In this document: piece after piece, positions 20,226-29,548 of the stretch
How positions within the stretch are numbered: the first letter of the stretch is position 1
Layout of the letters: every line of letters starts with the position of its first letter
Source: a virus
Strand: one strand, 5' to 3'
IMG/VR virus record: IMGVR_UViG_3300034068_000566
Location: 1 to 64,000 of that record
Length of the DNA stretch: 64,000 bases
The notes under the pieces: model-generated
What the model saw: the letters and a program-made list of their open reading frames with translations, nothing else
What the model was told of the DNA's origin: nothing
Database searches by the model: none
Translations under genes and position numbers: made by a program

Positions 20226-20480
20226 CTACTATATATAATATATAAGATATATAAATATAAACCTTTAAAGATAGTTCTTTTTTCTTATATATATTTAGTA
20301 TACACTATTACAGTCTTGATTTCTTAATTTTTATACCCTGACAAATAACAATCTTATAACAATTTACTTTATAACTTTTTGTTATCTATTATTATAACGT
20401 TTTGTTACTTTAATATACATGATGTCCGATATGATATAATTTAGATTGACTAATACCTTGGTTGTCTTATACCCACCACC

Positions 20481-20897
20481 TTGGTATTAGTCATTTTTTA
20501 TGGTATAATCAAGATTATGAGTACATGTGGTCCTGAGATTTTTGGTGCTGATCCCGTTAGAATTAAGTGGAACGTGGTTAGAGGAGATACTGCGCCTTTG
20601 CGTATTGAATTCTTAGAAGATGATGAGACTACTTATTTTGATATTTCTGATTGGGAATTTACAGCCTCAAGTTATGATCCTAAAGGTGACATTATAGATG
20701 AGCTTGAAGTCGTCTCATATAATGGATACGTTGATGTTACAGCTCCTGCTTCAATTACAGAATATTGGGGAACTGGTTACAAAACAGCGGTAGCTGAATT
20801 AATTTTTGATCTACAAGTAATTATTGATGGCGATACTACATGGACTCCAGTTATTGGAACTATTCATGTTATCGGAGATGTCTCAGGTACTTTGTAA
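20481..20897 (+). CDS. Virion/baseplate protein (BppU-N-like); likely start is the ATG at 20517
   Basis: W.VVRGDT...FDLQV...WT...G pattern shared with 23147 and 28426. Confidence 0.55.
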   Translation: MVLVIFYGIIKIMSTCGPEIFGADPVRIKWNVVRGDTAPLRIEFLEDDETTYFDISDWEFTASSYDPKGDIIDELEVVSYNGYVDVTAPASITEYWGTGYKTAVAELIFDLQVIIDGDTTWTPVIGTIHVIGDVSGTL

Positions 20898-20995
20898 TGG
20901 CTGTTATTAAAGTTACAACTCCAAGACCTGAGTTGCCACCAGTCATTAGAATTAAGAATAAAGTATTTAAAGTAAATAAGTGATATAATCTAGGT

Positions 20996-21277
20996 ATGAC
21001 TTTACATGCCCACACAACCCTTAGCAATACAACTGCTACTCGCTTAACTCCAAACGGAATTCATTCTGGAATGGATATTACAATTCAGAATATACATGAA
21101 TCTGCTTATGTCTATATTGGTGGAGAAGATGTATCTGCCTCTGTTTATGGATATCGTATTGCTCCAGATGCAGCATTTTCTATTGAGCTACCTGGATTAG
21201 ATGCACTTTACGCAATATCATCTGTTAACAATTCAAAGGTCGCAATTCTACAAACTGGCTTAGAAACAGGCAACTAA
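20996..21277 (+). CDS. Small beta-rich virion protein
   Basis: IQN...VYIGG..V....GY.I.P pattern; context. Confidence 0.5.
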   Translation: MTLHAHTTLSNTTATRLTPNGIHSGMDITIQNIHESAYVYIGGEDVSASVYGYRIAPDAAFSIELPGLDALYAISSVNNSKVAILQTGLETGN

Positions 21278-22353
21278 TGGCACGGTTTACTACAACAGGT
21301 GGTAGCGGAGATGGTACTCCAGGCGCACCAGGAGCAGATGGTGCTGACGGAGCAGATGGAGCGGATGCTCTTTGGGATTTTACTGGTGAATGGGTAAACG
21401 GAATTGACTATGCTGCTGGATCTGTAGTTGAATTTCAAGGATCTACTTACTATCATCCTACTGGTCAATTTTCATCATACTCTCCACCAACAAATGGTTG
21501 GCTTTTAGTATCCGCTAAAGGTGCAGATGGTGCAGATGGTGCAGATGGTGCAGATGGATCTGACGGTACTAATGGAACAGATTTTGGAATTTATTATTTA
21601 GGAAACTATAATGCATCAAGTGGATATTCACCAAACATTGCAGTAGTAAGAGGATCAGATGGACAACTCTATCTTGCTAAAGCAAGTGGACAACTTGGTG
21701 ATCCAGTTGGTAACTCTTCAGAATGGGAAGTTTGGATTCCAAAGGGTGCAGACGGCTCTGATGCAAATACAGGAGATATAACTTTTGACGGATCACGAAT
21801 TATTGGTGCAGGAACAGGAGCAGGTGATGGATCTGGAAACGGAACAATAGAACTAGTTCCAGATGGAGATATTACATCAAATCAATATTTAATTATTGAT
21901 CCAACAGCACCAAACCATATTCATATTCGTGCAGGTGGAAACCAGGATGCTTCTACTGCAGATCTAATCTTTGGTGGAGAAAGAAATAAAGTTCTTGTTT
22001 CTGATACTGAAAGATTAGTATTGGTAAGCACAAGACCGCCTGGAGAAGAAGTATCTGAAAACCAATGGGTATTTGGATCTGATGGATTATTAACTGGCCC
22101 AGCACCAGACAGTTTAATAAAAGTTAATGGACTTTATGGTAAAGATGCAGATCCTTTATTTTTACTTGCTCCTGACACTGTTGTTATATCTGGAGATGGT
22201 GGAGAATTCTTAGATGATCCAACTGTTGCTGATAATCAAATTGCAACTATTGGTGATTTACCAACGGGAGCAACAGGAACATTCCAAACCTCAGATAGCA
22301 AGATAGTTACAGTTACTAATGGAATCATTACATCTATAGATCCACTGACTTAA
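21277..22353 (+). CDS. Collagen-like (GAD)n fibre protein with carbohydrate-binding-like modules
   Basis: GADGADGAD repeats; W..G..Y..G.VV..G..Y module. Confidence 0.65.
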   Translation: MARFTTTGGSGDGTPGAPGADGADGADGADALWDFTGEWVNGIDYAAGSVVEFQGSTYYHPTGQFSSYSPPTNGWLLVSAKGADGADGADGADGSDGTNGTDFGIYYLGNYNASSGYSPNIAVVRGSDGQLYLAKASGQLGDPVGNSSEWEVWIPKGADGSDANTGDITFDGSRIIGAGTGAGDGSGNGTIELVPDGDITSNQYLIIDPTAPNHIHIRAGGNQDASTADLIFGGERNKVLVSDTERLVLVSTRPPGEEVSENQWVFGSDGLLTGPAPDSLIKVNGLYGKDADPLFLLAPDTVVISGDGGEFLDDPTVADNQIATIGDLPTGATGTFQTSDSKIVTVTNGIITSIDPLT

Positions 22354-22373
22354 TATCGTGAGATAATGGCTAA

Positions 22374-23129
22374 ATGGCTACTTCTAAATCTATGGATTTT
22401 CCTGCTTCAAAATCCTCTAGCTATGCCGATAAAGTAAAGCAAGAAAATGGCCAAGTAGATAATAGTATTTATATTCCAGTTCCTGGACCACAAGGCGAAA
22501 AAGGATATCCAGGAAAAGATGGTTTGCCTGGCCCAGAGGGACCCGCAGGACCAAGAGGTGAACGTGGACTTCAGGGCAAAGACGGAAAAGACGGCAAACC
22601 AGGTCCTCAAGGCCCTAAAGGGGAACCTGGAGAGTTAGATCCAACAACTAATCCATATGCACAACACACTGGTTGGGCTATTTATGATAATTTAAATAAT
22701 AAGGGCCTAAGAATTGGAGCAAATAGAGGAACAGATGGTTGGGTAGATCTTTCAGTTGATGGTTTGGGTTCAAATACAAATGAAGTGTACCTTCCAGGAA
22801 ATAAAATTCCTTTATACAACATAGAATCTCAAAAGCTTAATTTTAAGCATATTAAGCTGGGATCTAGAGTAGACATAACCTATAATCTAAGCATAGAAAC
22901 TCTTAATAATAATACAGAAATATGGCTAAAATCACTCTTCCCAGATGATGACAACAGTATTATAAGTTTTGTAGCTTCTCTAAAATATCAACATACATAC
23001 AATCTATCTACTACTCATAGCTTTGTTATAGATACCGAAAAAGTTAAAAGGCTTGGTATTTCACCACAAATAATGTCAGATTTAGAAGGCACGGCTATCT
23101 TAAACTCTATCTACATTTCAATATCCTAG
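22374..23129 (+). CDS. Collagen triple-helix repeat protein
   Basis: Uninterrupted Gly-X-Y run [10 protein letters not shown]...GEPGE. Confidence 0.8.
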   Translation: MATSKSMDFPASKSSSYADKVKQENGQVDNSIYIPVPGPQGEKGYPGKDGLPGPEGPAGPRGERGLQGKDGKDGKPGPQGPKGEPGELDPTTNPYAQHTGWAIYDNLNNKGLRIGANRGTDGWVDLSVDGLGSNTNEVYLPGNKIPLYNIESQKLNFKHIKLGSRVDITYNLSIETLNNNTEIWLKSLFPDDDNSIISFVASLKYQHTYNLSTTHSFVIDTEKVKRLGISPQIMSDLEGTAILNSIYISIS

Positions 23130-23146
23130 CATGGTATAATAAAACT

Positions 23147-23503
23147 ATGGCATTTCCAAGCGAATTAAATATTACCTACTACAAGGGTGACACCTATGAA
23201 TTTAACATATACCCGAAAAAAAATGGTTCAACTGTTTTTAGTTTAGAAGGATATTCAATAAAATTTACTATAGCATTAACAAGAGGAGCCACATCAATCA
23301 TTGAAGGTTATGCAGCTATCTCTTCAGATAACACGTATGCTACCTGTGCAATCACTCCAGGTGCAGGAGCTTCTATGACAGCTGGAACTCAGTATGTATA
23401 TGACGTTGAAGTTAAAAAATCTGCGACACCTTACAATTTAGTTCATACTTTGTTGACTGGCAACGTTACTGTAACTGAACAAGTAACTCCAGCAGGAGCG
23501 TAG
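23147..23503 (+). CDS. Virion protein (BppU-N-like)
   Basis: YKGDT...YVYDVEV...LLTG.V.V. Confidence 0.55.
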   Translation: MAFPSELNITYYKGDTYEFNIYPKKNGSTVFSLEGYSIKFTIALTRGATSIIEGYAAISSDNTYATCAITPGAGASMTAGTQYVYDVEVKKSATPYNLVHTLLTGNVTVTEQVTPAGA

Positions 23504-23504
23504 T

Positions 23505-24089
23505 ATGGCTGAAGTATTAGTAACTGCAGATGATATTACAGTTTTAGGTGGTCCAAGTTCAATTACTGTAGATTTAGATTTTGGTCCACAAGGGCAAAGA
23601 GGAAGTCAGATATTTACTGGATCTGGACAACCAAATAATCCTAATAATGATATTTATGATCAAAGCTTAGAGATTTTTGATCTATACATTAATACACTTG
23701 TTGGAGATTCAGAATATCTTTATATGTATCAATACATTAATAGTAATGGAAGCAATACTTGGGTTCCTGTAGTAAAATTAATTCCAAACATTTATAGTAA
23801 AAATATTGAAAAAGTTTTTGTTGATGGATCTACAACAATTAATGTAAAACTTGTAGATATTGTTTCTGGAAGCTTAGTCTCTTCTTTAGAATCAACAAAC
23901 TTTAATGTTCAAGCCTCTATTAATAATCTAGGAAATCCAGTAGCAACAACCATTTCTTTAGGAACAGTTGCAATAGTTGCAGGATTTAGATCTTTACCTA
24001 TAACCATTACTGCTGTTGAGTATGATGGCACCAGTTGGGCAAATCTAGACGGGACAAGGGTAGTCAATTTATTGATTACTGTGGTATAA
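23505..24089 (+). CDS. Tail/virion protein
   Basis: GPQGQRGSQIFTG.G.P...DLYIN fibre-type motif. Confidence 0.5.
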   Translation: MAEVLVTADDITVLGGPSSITVDLDFGPQGQRGSQIFTGSGQPNNPNNDIYDQSLEIFDLYINTLVGDSEYLYMYQYINSNGSNTWVPVVKLIPNIYSKNIEKVFVDGSTTINVKLVDIVSGSLVSSLESTNFNVQASINNLGNPVATTISLGTVAIVAGFRSLPITITAVEYDGTSWANLDGTRVVNLLITVV

Positions 24090-24108
24090 TCTAAAGTGGT
24101 GATATATT

Positions 24109-24564
24109 ATGGCTGAAAATATTGATGGTACCGTTGGCGGGACTGGTTTATTCAATACCAAAATTCCTGCACTTTCAGAGGCAGCTGACATTCAAGCAGC
24201 CCTTAGACTATATCACTATGGTGAAGACTATGATGGATCAAATACTGATGTTACAGAATTAAAGACTCCATCACTGGCTCAACATTTACAAGATTTGACA
24301 GAAGCAATTGACACGGTTGACGCAAAAGGTATTGGTTCAATTTATTCAGCTACCGAGCCAGCCACACCACAAGACGGCTTTGTTTGGATGGATTCAACAA
24401 CATCTAGCGCTTCTTCAATTGGTATTCCAACAGCAGTATATACAAACTCAGAACCAACTACAGGATTAACTGATGGATTACTTTGGGTAGATAAAGATTC
24501 TTCACCACTTAAGATGTATATCTATGATTCTACTTTAACTACATTTAGAGAGATAGGTGCGTAA
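24109..24564 (+). CDS. Tail fibre-associated protein
   Basis: Two EP...DG..W.D repeats. Confidence 0.5.
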   Translation: MAENIDGTVGGTGLFNTKIPALSEAADIQAALRLYHYGEDYDGSNTDVTELKTPSLAQHLQDLTEAIDTVDAKGIGSIYSATEPATPQDGFVWMDSTTSSASSIGIPTAVYTNSEPTTGLTDGLLWVDKDSSPLKMYIYDSTLTTFREIGA

Positions 24565-24666
24565 TGGCTAAGCTATCAGATCAAGAATTAAAAGAACTTG
24601 GCATTGGAAAATTAGTTGCACTTGGTTTGACTGAGGCAGAATTAAGAGCATTGGGGTTGAGATCAG

Positions 24667-25293
24667 ATGACAATTAATTCTAATGGAAAAGTAGCATATG
24701 TTTATCAAGATTCAACAGATACTTGGCATCCAGTAGCGGGAACAACATCAACTGGAGCAAACTACGCTTGGACTGGAACTCACAGTTTTGGTTCAGCAGT
24801 AAGCCTTACTGAAGTTTTAACTGCTAAAGCAGGAGTCAATAACTTTTTAAATACTGCTACTCGTGACGCAGCACTTCCGTCTCCAACAAATGGTATTGTT
24901 TGTTTTGTTCGTCAAAACTCAAACGGTAATGAAATTAACGAACTTCAATATTATGATAATGCTTGGAGATCATTAAATGATGCTACAACACTATTACCTA
25001 AAACAGCAAGCTATACTGCTGCATTGACTGATGCTGGAAAAACTATTACCATGGATGTTGCAAGTGGAAATTCTGTAACTATTCCAACAAATGCTAGTGT
25101 TGCTTTTCCAATAGGTTCTAGATTTGATATTGTTCAAATTGGAGCAGGCCAAACACAAATAGATCCAGTATCAGTAGCTGTTACAATTTATAGCAAAAAT
25201 TTAAATAAGAAAATTGCTGCAAGATACTCAGGTTGTACAATTATTAAAATAGATACCAATGCCTGGGTTCTTATTGGCGATTTGACAGCGTAG
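24667..25293 (+). CDS. Short tail fibre with a C-terminal ...WVLIGDLTA domain
   Basis: The C-terminal domain TIP.....FPIG..DI.Q.GAGQ is shared with 32018. Confidence 0.65.
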   Translation: MTINSNGKVAYVYQDSTDTWHPVAGTTSTGANYAWTGTHSFGSAVSLTEVLTAKAGVNNFLNTATRDAALPSPTNGIVCFVRQNSNGNEINELQYYDNAWRSLNDATTLLPKTASYTAALTDAGKTITMDVASGNSVTIPTNASVAFPIGSRFDIVQIGAGQTQIDPVSVAVTIYSKNLNKKIAARYSGCTIIKIDTNAWVLIGDLTA

Positions 25294-25300
25294 GCTTTAC

Positions 25301-26722
25301 ATGCTGGGGTTTATAGGCCGTTGGGCAGCATCCAAAGGAATGGTAGCAGTACCAAACCTAGTTGGTCTATTAAACACAGCAGCACAAACAGCAATTACAA
25401 ATAGTGGTTTAACTTTTTCTTCAAGCTCCACAACAAACACTGGAGACTCTAATTTAGCAAATAAAGTTCAATCACAAACTCCAACTTCAGGAACCCTTGC
25501 TGACTATGAGTCTTCTGTTAGTTTTGTTTCTTATTCTTATGTAGCACCACCATTCTTTCCATTCTTCCCACCATTCTTCCCACCTTACTTTGCTCCAACG
25601 CCAAGTGCAACAATTTCAAACCTTACATATACAGCTAATGGCCCACACGATGGAACCTTATCTTGGACTGGATCAAATATAGTTAATTATCTATATACAT
25701 CCACTAATGGCGCTACAAATTATCCATCAGAATACAACTACGGAGCATATACTGCATCATGGCCTGGCAATTTAGTTAACATGGCTAATGGCCAGTCTTA
25801 TACCGTCACAATTACGGTTAATCCTGGAGGAGCAAGTCAAACAATAACATTCACCCATAGTTATGCAAACGCCTTCCCTTCATTTACTACACCTCTTGCT
25901 TTATCTTCAAAAACATCTACATCTTTAACATATTCATGGGATGGTTTTGATGCACTTTCTTGGCAGTTAAAAGATGGAGCAACAATTTTAGCATCAGGAA
26001 ATGGTTTTGGTCCACAGACAGCGACGAGAACTGGTCTAACTCCAAATACTTCTTATACTTCATATGTTAGAATATGGAGTGGATCTGGACAAACAGGAAA
26101 TTCTGCAGACTCACCAGGTGTTAGCGCAACAACACATTATAGCATCTGGTCAGGTTGTTATAACGGAGTCACACAAGGTGCAGGATACGGTTCAGGACCT
26201 ACAGCAGTAGGGTGGAGTATTGTTAACGGAACAACAGAAAGTTCCTCACTTACAGAATCTGAAATCCGTGCATTAATTGGTGGAGGATGCCCAGCAGCAC
26301 CGTTCTTCCCACCATACTTTGCTCCAGCACCGTTCTTCCCACCATACTTTGCTCCAGCACCAACATATACAATCTGGTCAGGTTGCTACAATGGTGTAAC
26401 GCAAGGTGCAGGATACGGCTCAGGATCTACAGCAGTAGGGTGGAGTATTGTTAACGGAACAACAGAAAGTTCCTCACTTACAGAATCTGAAATCCGTGCA
26501 TTAATTGGTGGAGGATGCCCAGCAGCACCGTTCTTCCCACCATACTTTGCACCAGCACCGTTCTTCCCACCATACTTTGCTCCAGCACCGTTCTTCCCAC
26601 CATACTTTGCACCTTCCGAACCATCAAATCTCTGTACGGGATATGATGTTTTCGGCCAGTCTAGTTCAAGCTGCGTTGTTGTAGGTGAATGTAATCCAAC
26701 CGCATCAGGTGATCCATGTTGA
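25301..26722 (+). CDS. PASTA + Fn3-like protein with Pro/Phe repeats, an internal duplication and a Cys-rich tail
   Basis: VPNLVGL...A...I...GL...VQSQTP..G (PASTA); GLTPNTSY (Fn3); PPFFP/APFFPPYFAP repeats. Confidence 0.7.
   Translation: MLGFIGRWAASKGMVAVPNLVGLLNTAAQTAITNSGLTFSSSSTTNTGDSNLANKVQSQTPTSGTLADYESSVSFVSYSYVAPPFFPFFPPFFPPYFAPTPSATISNLTYTANGPHDGTLSWTGSNIVNYLYTSTNGATNYPSEYNYGAYTASWPGNLVNMANGQSYTVTITVNPGGASQTITFTHSYANAFPSFTTPLALSSKTSTSLTYSWDGFDALSWQLKDGATILASGNGFGPQTATRTGLTPNTSYTSYVRIWSGSGQTGNSADSPGVSATTHYSIWSGCYNGVTQGAGYGSGPTAVGWSIVNGTTESSSLTESEIRALIGGGCPAAPFFPPYFAPAPFFPPYFAPAPTYTIWSGCYNGVTQGAGYGSGSTAVGWSIVNGTTESSSLTESEIRALIGGGCPAAPFFPPYFAPAPFFPPYFAPAPFFPPYFAPSEPSNLCTGYDVFGQSSSSCVVVGECNPTASGDPC
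26144..26612 (+). repeat. 228-bp near-identical direct repeat plus 30-bp tandem units
   Basis: ATCTGGTCAGGTTG at 26144 and 26372; (CCAGCACCGTTCTTCCCACCATACTTTGCW)n. Confidence 0.9.
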
Positions 26723-26750
26723 TAGTATATAAAATAAGAAAAGAGGAAAT

Positions 26751-27176
26751 ATGATTAATGATTTAGACATTACCTATAGCTCTGAAAGAGATAGGTTGAA
26801 AGGTGCTCCATTAACTTTTGTAATTGAGGGGGAATGCCTTTATGACTTTGTAGTTACAGAAGAGGGTGTTGATTTATTTACAAAAAATAAAGGTATGAAT
26901 GATATTTCTAATAATTATCCAGATTATGATGGCATAACTCTTGAGATTATTAAAGAAAACGATGAAATTGAAATATATCAAACTAATGAGTACTTTGGTT
27001 CAATTTTATTAAGCAACCCCACGATAGTAAATGTTATTGATTATCCTTATGGACACTACGTTCTTTCCCCAGAAGCATCTTTTGATGGCGAAAAGTTTAT
27101 TATTAATAATAGACTACTTTCTGAATTAACTGAGTGGCATATTACTAATCCAAACCATCCCAACAATATAAAATAA
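26751..27176 (+). CDS. Hypothetical protein, paralog of 35297..35743
   Basis: Shares GAPL.FVI.GECLY, KENDEIE.YQTNEYFGS.LLSNPT and LTEWHI. Confidence 0.7.
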   Translation: MINDLDITYSSERDRLKGAPLTFVIEGECLYDFVVTEEGVDLFTKNKGMNDISNNYPDYDGITLEIIKENDEIEIYQTNEYFGSILLSNPTIVNVIDYPYGHYVLSPEASFDGEKFIINNRLLSELTEWHITNPNHPNNIK

Positions 27177-27210
27177 AAAACCCCTACTTTTTACAGTAGA
27201 GGTTGTTTAT
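27175..27210. terminator. Bidirectional terminator between convergent genes
   Basis: AAAAACCCCTACT...AGTAGAGGTTGTTT. Confidence 0.55.
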
Positions 27211-27222
27211 TTGGTAAATTTT

Positions 27223-27771
27223 TTATTCAGGAAACTTTTGCATCCAAGACTTTGTCTTAGGAGTAATTCCCTTCCAGGCAGACCAATTTTTACCACCGTC
27301 TGACATATGAAATGCTATTTTTGCATTTACGACGGGATTTAGAAGGTCTGAGTTAGCATCAAGATTAAACTTATCTCGACGATCAGGACCTAATTGCCCA
27401 ATCATATTAATCTGAAACATACCATAAGAACTGTCTCCAGTCTCAGTGTTTCCATTAAATCTGATTGGTTGACCATTAGACTCTTTTTTGGCTACTGCCC
27501 AAGCCTCCTTTAGATCGTTGCCCCTAAAGCCAACGAGATATAAAAGTTCCTTGAGTTCACCATCGGTTAGAGAACCCTTGTTTTCAAACTTTTGTAATTT
27601 TTTCTCCTTAGAAACACTTAAAGCCTCTTGCGAGGCTGAATCTGCGGATACTACAATTTCCGTACTTAAGTTATTGCGTTCACTAGCATTAGCAACATTT
27701 AAACCTTGTGCTGCCATTACTATAATCGTGAGTATTCCGATGAGTTTTTGTTTATCTTTTGCTATATTCAT
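27223..27771 (-). CDS. Lytic transglycosylase/lysozyme-like protein with an N-terminal signal anchor
   Basis: AVAKKES...SYGMFQIN...N.KIA...W.AW. Confidence 0.8.
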   Translation of the reverse strand: MNIAKDKQKLIGILTIIVMAAQGLNVANASERNNLSTEIVVSADSASQEALSVSKEKKLQKFENKGSLTDGELKELLYLVGFRGNDLKEAWAVAKKESNGQPIRFNGNTETGDSSYGMFQINMIGQLGPDRRDKFNLDANSDLLNPVVNAKIAFHMSDGGKNWSAWKGITPKTKSWMQKFPE

Positions 27772-27885
27772 CTGTTTCCTCCTTAGAAACGAAAAACCCT
27801 TTTCAGGGTTGTTACTACCAAGTATAACATAATTTTATCACTATAGTCAAATCCCCAGTTCAGAAGGTGGTATAATAAATATACT

Positions 27886-28407
27886 ATGGCTACTGGAAAT
27901 ACAGATGATGGTTTATTTAATTTACCTTACCCGCTTGCAGAAGATCCTGTAAATGTACACGGAGATATTGAAGCATTAGCTGATAGATTAAAGATTATTT
28001 TACCTCCACTTGGATTATCTCAATTTCAAATTCAAGTAAAAAATACTGGGGGATCAACACTTGCAGCAGGAACACCCGTATATGCAACAGGATATACCAC
28101 AGTTACAACTGTGTCAAAAGCAATCCCAACAACTACATCTCCTATTTTGGGATTATTAAAAACTAGTTTAGCAAACAATGCAGAAGGTATTGCAGTTGTT
28201 GCTGGAGTTATGGAAGATATTAATACTTCTGGTTTTTCTAATGGAGATGTTTTATATGTTGCAGAATCAGGCGGATTAACAGCAACACGACCAACATCTG
28301 GCTCAGGGGCAGTTGGAATTGTAGCTCATGCAGCCTCATCTGGAATTATTATTGTTGAGGCAAAAGGCAACGGGACATGGGGGGCACTAAAGGCTGGACT
28401 AGCCTAA
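27886..28407 (+). CDS. Virion structural protein
   Basis: LPYP...DPVNV.GDI.ALA N-terminus; GD.LYV..SGGLT.T.P motif. Confidence 0.55.
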   Translation: MATGNTDDGLFNLPYPLAEDPVNVHGDIEALADRLKIILPPLGLSQFQIQVKNTGGSTLAAGTPVYATGYTTVTTVSKAIPTTTSPILGLLKTSLANNAEGIAVVAGVMEDINTSGFSNGDVLYVAESGGLTATRPTSGSGAVGIVAHAASSGIIIVEAKGNGTWGALKAGLA

Positions 28408-28425
28408 TAGTGATATAATAAACAA

Positions 28426-28830
28426 ATGGCAACTACTCGTGGATCAGCAAACTCTTATGACATTGGAAATAAACCTCCAACAGTTCTTTGGACTGTAGTT
28501 CGTGGAGATACTTCAGGTTTTAGAGTCTATGCCACAGATGATGCAAAGGTTCCATTAGTAATTGATGATTGGACAATCTCAATGAAAATTAAAAGACCAA
28601 ACAGCGTTTCTAATCTTGGAATAATTACAGATGATGCTACAACTGTTATGATTTTAACTCCCGCTCCAGATGCAGATGATGGCCTAGGAGAATTTACAGT
28701 TTGGCTTGAAGCAGCACAATCTCAAAATCTTCAAACAGGAGACATCTTTGACATTCAATTATCAGACCCTTCACGAGTTTGGACAGTAGCTCAGGGCTCA
28801 ATGAAGATCCTTGAAGATGTAACAGATTAA
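28426..28830 (+). CDS. Virion protein (BppU-N-like)
   Basis: WTVVRGDT...FDIQL...WTV.QG. Confidence 0.55.
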   Translation: MATTRGSANSYDIGNKPPTVLWTVVRGDTSGFRVYATDDAKVPLVIDDWTISMKIKRPNSVSNLGIITDDATTVMILTPAPDADDGLGEFTVWLEAAQSQNLQTGDIFDIQLSDPSRVWTVAQGSMKILEDVTD

Positions 28831-29051
28831 TGGCCACAGCATTAATACTTGATGAATTAAATAATAAAACAAAAAGTATTTATTCAATAAATTATTCAGT
28901 TATAAAAATAGAAGATAAAAATCGTCAAACAGTAGTCAATGATATACTTCCCTTTAGAGTCAAGTTTATTCCTATACAGATAGAATCTTTGTTTGGTAAT
29001 CCACCAGGAATTGGACTTCAAGTAATTGGCTATAGCAACTATATTCTCTAA
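28830..29051 (+). CDS. Small virion-associated protein
   Basis: Coupled ORF ending PPGIGLQVIGYSNYIL. Confidence 0.45.
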   Translation: MATALILDELNNKTKSIYSINYSVIKIEDKNRQTVVNDILPFRVKFIPIQIESLFGNPPGIGLQVIGYSNYIL

Positions 29052-29085
29052 TTAAATAACTATAAATAGGGGTTATAATTACAGC

Positions 29086-29532
29086 ATGGCTAAAATATCA
29101 ATTGCAAGCGTAAAGGCCCTGTTTCAAACAGGAGACAGACCTACTCAAGAAAATTATGAAGATTTAATTGATACCTCTTCAGCACAGGCAACAGATCTGG
29201 GCACTGCGGGTAATAATGAGAGCACAATCAATGGTATTGAAAATGCTACAACCGTAGATAGCTTTGATGCAACAGCATGGCGTTCAGTTACCTATGCTGT
29301 TTCAATTTCAAAAACTTCTGCGGGAGCCAACAAGTTCTACGCAACCAAATTAGATATTCTTGTTGACGGTACCGATGTATCTGTTAACGAGTATGGCACA
29401 ATCGACAATGATGGGAATATTGGCACCATTAATGTTTCTCGCACTGGAAATACCGTGGCCTTAACAGTCACTCCAGACCCTGCGATAAAGCCAGTCACTG
29501 TACGATTTTCTCGTATGGGACTTAAGGCATAA
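29086..29532 (+). CDS. Tail protein
   Basis: K..FQTGDRPT...Y.DLID N-terminus; its C-terminal domain resembles the C-terminus of 29549. Confidence 0.6.
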   Translation: MAKISIASVKALFQTGDRPTQENYEDLIDTSSAQATDLGTAGNNESTINGIENATTVDSFDATAWRSVTYAVSISKTSAGANKFYATKLDILVDGTDVSVNEYGTIDNDGNIGTINVSRTGNTVALTVTPDPAIKPVTVRFSRMGLKA

Positions 29533-29548
29533 CTAAGGAGATATAAAA

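Noticed and set aside
20226-20300. TA-rich tract as a replication origin
   Set aside because: Low complexity only, with no iterons or initiator gene to support it
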